The notes beneath the pieces were generated by a model, which saw only the letters and a program-made list of their open reading frames with translations, was not told the DNA's origin and searched no databases. This document shows, piece after piece, positions 22,401 to 31,198 of a DNA stretch of 42,765 nucleotides. The first letter of the stretch is position 1. The number at the start of each line of letters is the position of its first letter. The stretch is from positions 1 through 42,765 of the IMG/VR virus record IMGVR_UViG_3300045988_159064; one strand, given 5' to 3'. Origin of the DNA: a virus. A program made the translations under genes and the position numbers.

Positions 22401-22415
22401 GAAAACGCATATTAA
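22385..22415 (+). promoter_or_regulatory. Weaker phage-type promoter-like element P14 (ATTTTA-17-CATATTAACT) just upstream of the HNH/terminase operon
   Basis: Same geometry as the family and shares the GCATATTAA core. Overlaps the divergent minus-strand promoter. Confidence 0.35.
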
Positions 22416-22489
22416 CTTTAAGCGGTAGAGCCGCAACGACATAATAAAAAAATGCAATGCGTGTCAGGCACGCAAGGAGAGAAAGGAGT

Positions 22490-22948
22490 ATGAGTTATGA
22501 AGAAAATCTAACACCAGAACAAATTATTAAGAAGAATCAGATATCAACCGCGATATGCGAGGAGGTTATGAGAGTTGATGCTCAGGACAAGCGCTGCACG
22601 GATTTCTATAACAGTAAGGAATGGAAGGCCGCCAGGGCGATGACTATAGCAAGAGATGACGGCATTGATATATGGGAGTATATGAAGACAGGCCGAGTTC
22701 AGCCTGGTAATGTTGTTCATCATATTGTCAGTGTAATTGATAACCCTGAATTGAAATGCACGTTATCAAACCTGATAACAGTATCACCTCAATCACACAG
22801 AGAGATTGAGAAACTATATAACAAAGGAAATAAACAGTTAGTCCAGACTATCTTACAAGGAGAGGCGGACAGGCGAACAGAACTCTTTATGCCACAGACG
22901 CAGCCGCCGGTTGATACAGGACTAGGAGAAGGCGAATCTTATATATGA
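22490..22948 (+). CDS. HNH endonuclease (packaging-associated), copy 1
   Basis: AAGGAG RBS before the ATG at 22490. Motif VVHHIVSV...NLITVSPQSHREIE. Confidence 0.8.
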   Translation: MSYEENLTPEQIIKKNQISTAICEEVMRVDAQDKRCTDFYNSKEWKAARAMTIARDDGIDIWEYMKTGRVQPGNVVHHIVSVIDNPELKCTLSNLITVSPQSHREIEKLYNKGNKQLVQTILQGEADRRTELFMPQTQPPVDTGLGEGESYI

Positions 22949-23373
22949 CACGAATAATGCATATTTGTAATAGATGCGGGAAGCCACTGCCGGTCGGGCA
23001 GCGCTGCAGCTGTCAGCCGGCATACCGCAAGGACTACAACAAGTTCAGAAGAGACAGGAAAATTGCCGAGTTCAGGGCATCTCCGGAATGGCGCTCTATT
23101 CGGCAAATGATAATTGATAGAGATGACGGGCTAGACCAGTACCTGCTGCATACGACAGGCGAAATGCGGCGCGGCATGTCTGTTCATCACATACTGCCGC
23201 TGTCCACCCCGGAGGGTTGGACGAGACGTAGTGACCCTGACAATCTCATCACACTATCAGACGATACACACAGCAGCCTTGAATATAGATACAAAGGGCA
23301 GCAGCGAGAGCAAACAATAAAGAAACTTCAGGAGATTGTGAAAAAAATATCAGACGGGCACGACCTCTCATAA
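22945..23373 (+). CDS. HNH endonuclease, copy 2 (paralog with an N-terminal CxxC...CxC cluster)
   Basis: ATGA overlap with the upstream gene. CNRCGKPLPVGQRCSC and SVHHILPL...NLITLSDDTHSSLE. Shares the EW(K/R)..R...I.RDDG.D pattern with copy 1. Confidence 0.8.
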   Translation: MTRIMHICNRCGKPLPVGQRCSCQPAYRKDYNKFRRDRKIAEFRASPEWRSIRQMIIDRDDGLDQYLLHTTGEMRRGMSVHHILPLSTPEGWTRRSDPDNLITLSDDTHSSLEYRYKGQQREQTIKKLQEIVKKISDGHDLS

Positions 23374-23492
23374 GGGAGGGGGCGGGTATAAATGTTCAAA
23401 ATATTTACACAGAAAGCCCATGTCCAGATTAGCTTTTACAAATTTCCGAATAGAACCTATTTTTAGAAAATTCACGAGGAGGTGAGGCTCAT
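23374..23492. other. Candidate cos region (between the HNH and small terminase genes)
   Basis: Position is inferred from the HNH-terS-terL arrangement of HK97-like cos phages. A G-rich run GGGAGGGGGCGGGT lies at 23374-23387. No direct end evidence. Confidence 0.3.
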
Positions 23493-23963
23493 ATGGGAGC
23501 AAAAAAGCCAATGGAGCTGCATACAAGCCATCATACAAAAGCAGAAATCGCGGTGATGGAGGCCGAAACGGCAAACGCAACCTGCGACCGTAAATGCCTG
23601 TCAGGTACACCGCCAAGAGAGTTAATAGACGCGCGGGCAAAAGCCGAGTGGAGACGCATTGCCGGAATCTTGGAGCCAATGGAAATCATTGGTGACCTGG
23701 ACAAGGCGGCGCTGATTGGCTATTGCAACGCGTTTTCGCTGTATAGAAGAGCGACCGAAGAATTGGCGGCGGCGCCGTTGATATTAGAGACAGAAAGGGG
23801 CAGCGTTAAAAACCCTCTCATATCAGTTCAGGACACATATGCAAAGCAGATGAGGGATTTTGCTATGAAGGCCGGGTTGTCTGTTGATACACGGTTGAAG
23901 TATGCAGCTCTTAAAACGAAAAACGACACCGCGGAACTCGAGGATGAGTTCGGCGACATATAG
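23493..23963 (+). CDS. terS: Terminase small subunit (P27-like)
   Basis: GAGGAGG RBS, 156 aa, directly upstream of terL. Family pattern recognised by eye. Confidence 0.8.
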   Translation: MGAKKPMELHTSHHTKAEIAVMEAETANATCDRKCLSGTPPRELIDARAKAEWRRIAGILEPMEIIGDLDKAALIGYCNAFSLYRRATEELAAAPLILETERGSVKNPLISVQDTYAKQMRDFAMKAGLSVDTRLKYAALKTKNDTAELEDEFGDI

Positions 23964-23974
23964 AGGTGAAATAA

Positions 23975-25750
23975 ATGACGCGTAAAGAGATTATAACGCA
24001 TTATGCCCGTGATTGTCTCAATGATGTAATACCGGCCTGTGTTAAACACAAGAACGCCTGCCGGCGGTTTTTGCGTGACGTGGAACGTATGGAAACAGAA
24101 CCTGATTACCCGTATTATTGGGACGAAGCGGGTGCTGACAATATTGTGTCTTGGTTCAAGAATCTAAGACACCGTAAAGGCGAGCTTGCGGGGCAACCAA
24201 TAAATCTTACTGAATGGCAGCAATTTCATCTCTGTCAGTTGTATGGGTGGAAAAGAAAAAAAAATGACCGAAGAAGATTCAAAAAAATGTTCATAGAAGT
24301 CAGCCGTAAAAACGCGAAATCTCAAGAGCTGGCGGGCATTATCCTCTATGAGATGTCTGTAACAGCAACAAAAAACGGTGAGTTGGCCGAGATTTACACG
24401 GCGGGTACAAAATCACAGCAGAGCCGTATTTGCTTTAAAGAGGCCGGATTGATGCTGAATGGGTCTAAATTGCGGTCGAAATTTAAGATAACAGAAAGCA
24501 GCATAGAGCATATAAAAACAGGTTCCTATGTTAAGCCTCTCAGTAAAGATGACGGGAAGAACGGAGATGGTACGAACCCGGCCGTTTTGGTACTAGATGA
24601 ATATCACCAGCATAAAACAACAGAATTTTACGACCTCAGCATTGGTTCTAACACAAAAGAGCCGCTGCTGTGCATTATTACCACGGCAGGTGTAGACCTA
24701 AACGTTCCGTGTTACCGCGAATACGAGTTTTGCAGCAATATTATTGACCCTGACATTGACATTGAAGATGAGGAATACCTCATTGATATATGCGAACAGG
24801 ACAAAGAAGAGGCTGAAGACCCGCGCCTGCTAATGGATGAGGATAGATGGCTGAAAAGTAACCCTGTCAGAGCAACTTATCCGGAAGGTCGTGAAAAAAT
24901 CCGTACTACATATGAAAAGGCGCTGAAAATGCCGGAAGATATGCCGTCGGTTCTGACAAAGAACTTTGACATATGGGTACAGGCCAAGGAATGCGGATAT
25001 ATGGATATGAAAAAATGGAAAGCCTGCGAGGCTGAGGAGCTGCCGGTTGACATAAAAGGCCTTCAATGCGTTGTCGGTATAGATATGTCGTCCAAAATTG
25101 ACCTTACCTCTTGCTCTATTGTAATCCCCTATAAGGACACCGAAGAGACAGACGCGGACGGAGAACCGGTCGTAAAATATATCATTTTTTCGCATTCTTT
25201 CATTCCAAACCGCGAGAAATTGATTGAGAGAGTAAATGTGGACAAAGCCCCCTATGACGCCTGGGAGATGCAGGGCTATCTAACTATTACTGACACCCAA
25301 ATTGTAGACCAGGCGGCGGTTATGGTGTGGGCTATGGGTTTCGCGAAAGAACACGGGCTAGAGATTGCCTGTTGGGCGGTTGACCCGGCGAACGCAAGCA
25401 TGTTTATGCAGACATTATCAGACCGCGGAGAGACGGTTTATGACGTAACACAAAGCTACGGCGGACTGAATGACGCAACAGTCGGCTTACGTGAAGAAAT
25501 TTTTGCCGGAAGTGTACGGTTTCAGCCGAATCCGGTTTTGTCTTTTGCTATGGGCAATGCGGTAATCAGGAAGAGCAATGGACTCATCAAGATTGATAAA
25601 GACGCTGTGAGACAGCGAATTGACCCGGTTGACGCGCTGATTTGTGCATTTAAGCTGTCAAGAGTCATAGACCAGGCCTATGTGAGCCAGCGTCAGCAGG
25701 AAGAAGCAAACCGGGCATGGTTAGAGTATATGGATAAGTATTATTCATAA
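23975..25750 (+). CDS. terL: Terminase large subunit
   Basis: 591 aa. Walker A-like SRKNAKS and Walker B VLVLDEYH. Position before the portal gene. Confidence 0.9.
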   Translation: MTRKEIITHYARDCLNDVIPACVKHKNACRRFLRDVERMETEPDYPYYWDEAGADNIVSWFKNLRHRKGELAGQPINLTEWQQFHLCQLYGWKRKKNDRRRFKKMFIEVSRKNAKSQELAGIILYEMSVTATKNGELAEIYTAGTKSQQSRICFKEAGLMLNGSKLRSKFKITESSIEHIKTGSYVKPLSKDDGKNGDGTNPAVLVLDEYHQHKTTEFYDLSIGSNTKEPLLCIITTAGVDLNVPCYREYEFCSNIIDPDIDIEDEEYLIDICEQDKEEAEDPRLLMDEDRWLKSNPVRATYPEGREKIRTTYEKALKMPEDMPSVLTKNFDIWVQAKECGYMDMKKWKACEAEELPVDIKGLQCVVGIDMSSKIDLTSCSIVIPYKDTEETDADGEPVVKYIIFSHSFIPNREKLIERVNVDKAPYDAWEMQGYLTITDTQIVDQAAVMVWAMGFAKEHGLEIACWAVDPANASMFMQTLSDRGETVYDVTQSYGGLNDATVGLREEIFAGSVRFQPNPVLSFAMGNAVIRKSNGLIKIDKDAVRQRIDPVDALICAFKLSRVIDQAYVSQRQQEEANRAWLEYMDKYYS

Positions 25751-25765
25751 CGAGGAGGTGATATT

Positions 25766-27067
25766 TTGAATATCTTTGATGTTATTAATGGAGCATCTGC
25801 TATAAAGGACGAATTGAGGCCGGCTGCCGATACTGTATCTCTCAGCGAGCAGAGGCTGCTTGATTACCTGGGCATAGATTCAGGGGCAACACCGAGAGAC
25901 GCTCTGTCTCAGGTTACATATTTTGTCTGTTTGAAAAAATTGTCAGAGTCTGTTGGTGAGCTTCCGGTTAAATTATACAAAAAGACGACCGATAACGGCA
26001 TTATTAAGCCCCCGATGACAGCCACATCAAGGCTGCTGGCACTACGTCCTAATCCCTATCAGACATCAGTTGCATTTTGGACGATGTCAGAGTATTTCCG
26101 TCAGCATTACGGCAACTCATATGTCTATATTGACCGGAAATTCAAAAGAGGCAAAAAATGGGGCGGAAAATATGAAATCAAGGGGCTGTATCCTATGCAT
26201 CCCGATTCTGTAGAGATTTGGGTTGATGATGCCGATATCTTTGATACTCCGGATTATCTGTATTATAAGTACACAAACCCTAACACTGGCGAAGTCAGCT
26301 TTTTCCCGGGTCATAATGTGATGCATTTTAAGAACTGGCTGACATCAGAAGACGGGTTGTATGGTTTACCTGTAAGACAGATTTTAAAGAGGACTTTTGC
26401 CGGAGTTTCTGCCGCCGATGAGTACCTCAGCAATTTATATCAGAATGGCATGATGGCGAAAATGGTGGTGCAGTATTCCGGGAATCTCTCAGACCCTCTA
26501 ACTAAAGAGGTTCAAGAGCGATTTTTAAGCCAGCTGCAGGGGCCGAAGGCGGCCGGAAAGGTCATCCCAGTCCCTACACAATTCCAATTGGTGCCGTTAA
26601 GTCAATCACTGGTTGACTCTGAATTTTCTACATTAAAGAAATACTCGGCCGTCCAGATAGCATCCTGTTTTGGCATTTTTCCGAGCCAAATAAACGATTT
26701 TGAGCATACCCGCTATGCCAGCAGTGAGGCCGAAGGCCTTGCATTCCTTACGGGTACTCTTGGCTATATATTGCGTGCATATGAGGCAGAAATAAACAGC
26801 AAGATTTTAACACCTGAAGAATTTGATGAAGGCTATTACTACAAATTCAATGAAAAGGCGCTGCTGAGAGTTGACTCTAAGACACAGGCTGAGATTTTAC
26901 AGATGGAAACTGATAGCGGTATGATTTCACGAAATGAAGCGCGTGAGATTTTGGACTATCCGAACAAAGAAGGCGCCGATGAGTTACTCGTTAACGGAGC
27001 ATACATCCCGGTAAATAAAGCGGGCTTACCGTATGCAGACAAAGACACCGGAGGTGAAAACGAATGA
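25766..27067 (+). CDS. Portal protein (HK97-type)
   Basis: 433 aa, TTG start with a GAGGAGG RBS. Conserved order terL, portal, protease. Confidence 0.88.
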   Translation: MNIFDVINGASAIKDELRPAADTVSLSEQRLLDYLGIDSGATPRDALSQVTYFVCLKKLSESVGELPVKLYKKTTDNGIIKPPMTATSRLLALRPNPYQTSVAFWTMSEYFRQHYGNSYVYIDRKFKRGKKWGGKYEIKGLYPMHPDSVEIWVDDADIFDTPDYLYYKYTNPNTGEVSFFPGHNVMHFKNWLTSEDGLYGLPVRQILKRTFAGVSAADEYLSNLYQNGMMAKMVVQYSGNLSDPLTKEVQERFLSQLQGPKAAGKVIPVPTQFQLVPLSQSLVDSEFSTLKKYSAVQIASCFGIFPSQINDFEHTRYASSEAEGLAFLTGTLGYILRAYEAEINSKILTPEEFDEGYYYKFNEKALLRVDSKTQAEILQMETDSGMISRNEAREILDYPNKEGADELLVNGAYIPVNKAGLPYADKDTGGENE

Positions 27068-27768
27068 AAACGGTGAATATTAATGGAGATATCATTTGTA
27101 CTGATATGAAATGGATTTACGACTGGCTTGAATATGAGTCCTGCTGTCCAGCAGATGTCAAAAGCGTCATCACCGAACTAAAAGATGAAAGCGAGGAATT
27201 AAAGGTAATCATCAACAGCCCGGGCGGAGACGTGCAGGCTGGCCAGGAAATCTATTCTGTCCTTAAAGACGTGAAAAATCACGTAACAATTGAGGTGCAG
27301 TCAATGGCAGCGAGTGCTGCATCTATGATTGCAATGGCCGGCGATACAGTGAGAATGTCCCCGGTCTCCCTGCTAATGATTCATAACGCGAGTACCCGCG
27401 CAGCTGGTGATTACCGTGATATGCAGCATACAGCAGAGGTTTTACAGACCGTAAATGCGGCAATTATGCAGGCATACATTGCAAAAACCGGTAAGACAGA
27501 AGACGAGCTGAAGGTGATGATGGACAAAGAGACCTGGCTGACAGCTAATCAGTGCCTGGAGTATGGTTTTGCTGATGAAATTATCAAGGATGAGACTCCG
27601 GCAGTTATCACAAATGCGATGATTGGCCGATTATCCGTAACCCCTGAAATGATTGCAAAAGTCAAGGCAGAAAAAGCAGCAGCAGACGAAAAGAACCGCG
27701 CTAACGCCGAGGCAAAAGAGCTGTTAAAAGCCTCTATGCTGTCTAAATTAAAAAATTATGGAAAGTAG
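27064..27768 (+). CDS. ClpP-like (S14) prohead maturation protease
   Basis: INSPGGDVQAG, MAASAASMIAMAGD (Ser) and LLMIHNAS (His). Confidence 0.9.
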   Translation: MKTVNINGDIICTDMKWIYDWLEYESCCPADVKSVITELKDESEELKVIINSPGGDVQAGQEIYSVLKDVKNHVTIEVQSMAASAASMIAMAGDTVRMSPVSLLMIHNASTRAAGDYRDMQHTAEVLQTVNAAIMQAYIAKTGKTEDELKVMMDKETWLTANQCLEYGFADEIIKDETPAVITNAMIGRLSVTPEMIAKVKAEKAAADEKNRANAEAKELLKASMLSKLKNYGK

Positions 27769-27869
27769 TTAACCAAAACGAACTTTCTGTATTTAGTGAG
27801 AAACGTGAAAAATTCATACTAAAAGAAAACAAAGCCCCGCGAGGAAATGCGGGCGAGGAGATGACTATA

Positions 27870-29036
27870 ATGGATAGATTACAGACATTATTAAACACAA
27901 TCAATGAAAAATCTGCAGAATATGAGAACCTCATTAATCAGGAGAAATTTACCGAAGCTGTACAGCTTGGCCGCGAACTGGATGACCTGCAGAACCAGTT
28001 TGACGAATTAAACGCAAGAGAGGACAAGCAGGCGAACGCTAAGCCTCAGACTGCAAGACCGGCAAAACCGGTCGTAAAAGATGATGCGGTGAAAAAATTC
28101 CTTAACGCAGCGCGTACTGGATTCAGTAATATTATGACATCCACAGAAAAGAAAGATGGCGGCTATACCGTTCCGGAAGACCTGGACTACGAAATTCATC
28201 AGTTCAAGGACGCTTCCTTCAACCTTGAGTCTCTTGTAACTGTTGAGAGCGTATCAACACCAAGCGGCAGCCGTGTATTCCAGAAAAAAGGCCACTCTGC
28301 CGGTTTTGCGGAAGTCGGAGAAAACGGCAAAATCCAGGCAACAGACCAGCCGGAATTCCTCACAATGTCCTACAAAATCAAAAAGTATGCAGGTTACCTT
28401 CCGGTTACAAACGAGCTGTTAGACGACAGCGATGCGGCAATTAGAAGTGTCATTACTAAATGGCTTGGCGATGGGTCCCGAGTTACACGTAACAAACTCA
28501 TTCTGAAGGCTCTTGCTGATGGTAAGACAGCAGAGGCTGCCGAGGCTCCTACATACACAGTAATTAAGGGCATTGATGACATCACAAAAGCAATCAATGT
28601 TACTCTTGGTGCTGCATACAAAAACGGCGCGAAAATCATCACAAATGACAACGGTCTGCAGATTTTATGCGAGCTGAAAGACGGTAACGGCCGCCCGATG
28701 CTGAACCCAAATCCGGCCGACCCGATGAAAATGCAGCTTGCAGCCGGCCCGCTTGTAATCCCGGTTGAGGTTCTGCCGACATCAGATTTTCCGAATGTAA
28801 CAGACAGCAAATCAGCGTCTCATGCCCCATTCGTAATTGGTGACCTCAAGGAGGCAATCACCCTCTTTGACAGAAAACATCGTACAATCACTGCATCCGA
28901 TACTGCATCTGTTACAGGCTACAATGCATACGAGCAGGACGGCGTGCTGTTTAAGGCGATTGAAAGAGAATGCGTAGAAGTTAAGGATGCCGACGCCTAT
29001 ATTTACGGGTATTTTTCAGCAACCGTAACAGCCTAA
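27870..29036 (+). CDS. Major capsid protein (HK97 fold)
   Basis: About 388 aa after the protease. N-terminal coiled delta-like region. The ATG at 27870 is better spaced from GAGGAG than the one at 27861. Confidence 0.88.
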   Translation: MDRLQTLLNTINEKSAEYENLINQEKFTEAVQLGRELDDLQNQFDELNAREDKQANAKPQTARPAKPVVKDDAVKKFLNAARTGFSNIMTSTEKKDGGYTVPEDLDYEIHQFKDASFNLESLVTVESVSTPSGSRVFQKKGHSAGFAEVGENGKIQATDQPEFLTMSYKIKKYAGYLPVTNELLDDSDAAIRSVITKWLGDGSRVTRNKLILKALADGKTAEAAEAPTYTVIKGIDDITKAINVTLGAAYKNGAKIITNDNGLQILCELKDGNGRPMLNPNPADPMKMQLAAGPLVIPVEVLPTSDFPNVTDSKSASHAPFVIGDLKEAITLFDRKHRTITASDTASVTGYNAYEQDGVLFKAIERECVEVKDADAYIYGYFSATVTA

Positions 29037-29058
29037 CTAATACAGGAGGTGCCGGCCC

Positions 29059-29382
29059 ATGACGACCGAACAAAAAGAAAAAATCCTAAAAAAAGTCAAA
29101 AAAGCAGCCGGCATTCCGGAGACTGTCACGGTCTACGACGAGCGAATCAGCGACCTGGTGCAGGACGCGATAATTGAGATGAGGACGGGCGGCGTATCTC
29201 AGGCCGTTATGGATGAGGCCAGCCCCGCCGTCATTGAAGTTATCTCTATTTATGTCAAGTCTGGATTGCGTGCAGATGCGGGCGATACAACTAACGCGAA
29301 ATGGGCTCAGAAGCGGTTTGAAGACCGGGTCTTTAAGCTGTCTTTGACCCCGGACGGCGCTACACTGGAGGGATTTTTATGA
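29059..29382 (+). CDS. Head-tail connector (gp6-like)
   Basis: 107 aa with an AGGAGG RBS. Position and size. Confidence 0.65.
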   Translation: MTTEQKEKILKKVKKAAGIPETVTVYDERISDLVQDAIIEMRTGGVSQAVMDEASPAVIEVISIYVKSGLRADAGDTTNAKWAQKRFEDRVFKLSLTPDGATLEGFL

Positions 29383-29705
29383 AAAGATTGACTTCAATAA
29401 AGCTGCCGCTTTCAGCTATGGCCGAGTATGACCGCGAAGGATTCCGAACCGATAACATCCGATGGCAGGAGTCTATACCGGCGACCGCCCGGGAGGCTAC
29501 ACGCCGCGAGCAGGTGCAGGCCAGCCAGGCCGGCTATAATATCAGCTTGATTTTTGAGACGCGGTTTTATGAGGGGCAATCAATGTTGATTGATGATGCT
29601 GACGGTCAGCTGTATGACATAAAGCAGGTGACGGTGTCATCCGGCGGTGTGTCTCTTGACTGTACACGTAGAGAGCCGGGCAGCGGTTATCCGATGGAGG
29701 TGTGA
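29379..29705 (+). CDS. Head closure / head-tail adaptor protein
   Basis: 108 aa with an ATGA overlap. Position. Confidence 0.6.
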   Translation: MKRLTSIKLPLSAMAEYDREGFRTDNIRWQESIPATAREATRREQVQASQAGYNISLIFETRFYEGQSMLIDDADGQLYDIKQVTVSSGGVSLDCTRREPGSGYPMEV

Positions 29706-29709
29706 TGTC

Positions 29710-30186
29710 TTGGCAATTTTAAAAGATGAACGAAGTGGAATCACGTTAACTCTGTCAGGTTATGACGAATTATTGAAAAGGTTAGATGACACTAACAAAA
29801 CCAAGATGTCAGAAACCCTGCTGCTGGCCGCTGAGCCGATTATAAAGGCCGCCCTGGATGCCGAGATGACCCGGCATCCAGGCCCGCTGCAGCAAAGCCT
29901 CAGGTCTACCGGAGCGCGTAGAAATTCAGCCGGGCAGTGGTATCTGGCATACAGAGCCACAAACGGTAACGAAAGAGAAAGTGACAACAGAAGAAACACC
30001 GAAAAGATGGTTTTTCTTATCAATAGAGAGTACATCCGGCGGAGAGTAACGCGAGATGGAAGGCAGATTAAAGAGTATGCAATTCCCGCGGATGACGTCA
30101 TTGAGAAGGCCGTGAAACGGTGTGAAGCGGCGGTCACAAATGCAATGCAAGAAGCTTTTAACCGGGCTCTTGACGAGATTTGGTAG
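29710..30186 (+). CDS. HK97 gp10-like tail-completion/neck protein; TTG start inferred
   Basis: GGAGG 9 nt before the TTG at 29710. The track start at 29647 overlaps the upstream gene. Confidence 0.5.
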   Translation: MAILKDERSGITLTLSGYDELLKRLDDTNKTKMSETLLLAAEPIIKAALDAEMTRHPGPLQQSLRSTGARRNSAGQWYLAYRATNGNERESDNRRNTEKMVFLINREYIRRRVTRDGRQIKEYAIPADDVIEKAVKRCEAAVTNAMQEAFNRALDEIW

Positions 30187-30198
30187 GAGGGCGAGCAG

Positions 30199-30534
30199 AT
30201 GGAGCAAATCAGGCCACTGGAGAAATTGCGAGAAATCGCGGAAAAGCTTGGTGTCCCGTATGCTATAGATAAGTACATTGGCTCTGCCGAATCTTATGTA
30301 GTATACCGGATGACCGGTATGGATGGAGAGGCGTATGCAGATGACAGAGCACAGGCACATATTGCTCATGTCAGATTTGACTACATACAGCCAATACAGA
30401 AATCATACAACGATGTTATGTTCAACATCATTGATATGTTTATAGAGGCCGGTTTTTCGGAGCCGGACATAGTCATAGTAAATGACGACAACAAAGATAT
30501 CATACTGCAATTTACAGCAGAATTTGTGATATAG
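30199..30534 (+). CDS. Tail terminator-like protein
   Basis: 111 aa with a GGAGGG RBS. Position immediately before the major tail protein. Confidence 0.5.
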   Translation: MEQIRPLEKLREIAEKLGVPYAIDKYIGSAESYVVYRMTGMDGEAYADDRAQAHIAHVRFDYIQPIQKSYNDVMFNIIDMFIEAGFSEPDIVIVNDDNKDIILQFTAEFVI

Positions 30535-30547
30535 GAGGTAAGACGAA

Positions 30548-31114
30548 ATGGCAAAATTTGGTTTAAGTTACCCGGTAGTTGCAAAGTTAGACGTAACAAC
30601 CGGAACACACTCAGGCGGTAAGGTTCTTTCTAAGGCTTGCGCGGTTACAGTAACCCCTCAGTATGCGGAAACATCCCTTGAGGCTGATGACGACGCCGAG
30701 GCGGAGCACGTAAAGGACTTTATAAAAGCTGACGTTTCCCTTGAGGTTTCTAACCTTACAGCGGAGGATGAGACCCTGCTTTTTGGTCACCAGGTTGAGA
30801 CTGATGATATTGTCTATGGCGGGGCAGACCAGGGCTACTATGTAGGTCTTGGGTATATTACGAGACGTAGAGTAGACGGAAAGACTACTTACCAGCCGGT
30901 ATGGCTGCCTAAAGTATTGTTTTCCGAGGGCGCGGACGAAAATAAGTCATCCGGCGAAAATCTTACCCTGGAGTCTCATAAACTTTCAGGAACTGCATCT
31001 GTTGGTAAAGACGGACAGTGGAAGAGAGCGTCAAAGGACCCATTTGACACAAAGGCTGAGGCCCAGGCTTGGCTGAAGAAAAAAGCCGGCATCACCGAAG
31101 ATGTTGCGGCGTAA
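30548..31114 (+). CDS. Major tail protein
   Basis: 188 aa with an AGGAGG RBS. Position upstream of the chaperone pair and the tape measure. Confidence 0.75.
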   Translation: MAKFGLSYPVVAKLDVTTGTHSGGKVLSKACAVTVTPQYAETSLEADDDAEAEHVKDFIKADVSLEVSNLTAEDETLLFGHQVETDDIVYGGADQGYYVGLGYITRRRVDGKTTYQPVWLPKVLFSEGADENKSSGENLTLESHKLSGTASVGKDGQWKRASKDPFDTKAEAQAWLKKKAGITEDVAA

Positions 31115-31132
31115 TAGCGCTTGAAAAATACA

Positions 31133-31164
31133 GGCGAGCGAACAAAGTTTTCGCCCGCCTTTCT
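31133..31164 (+). terminator. Partial terminator after the major tail gene
   Basis: 10-bp stem with one mismatch (GGCGAGCGAA/TTCGCCCGCC), followed by TTTCTT. Confidence 0.45.
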
Positions 31165-31198
31165 TCATATAAAAATATATCAAAAAGAGGCGAAAAAA

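Noticed and set aside
23392-23466. 24-codon ORF (MFKIFTQKAHVQISFYKFPNRTYF) preceded by GGGAGGGGG
   Set aside because: It is too short, and the G-rich run is at least as likely to be part of the cos/terminase recognition region. There is no supporting evidence.
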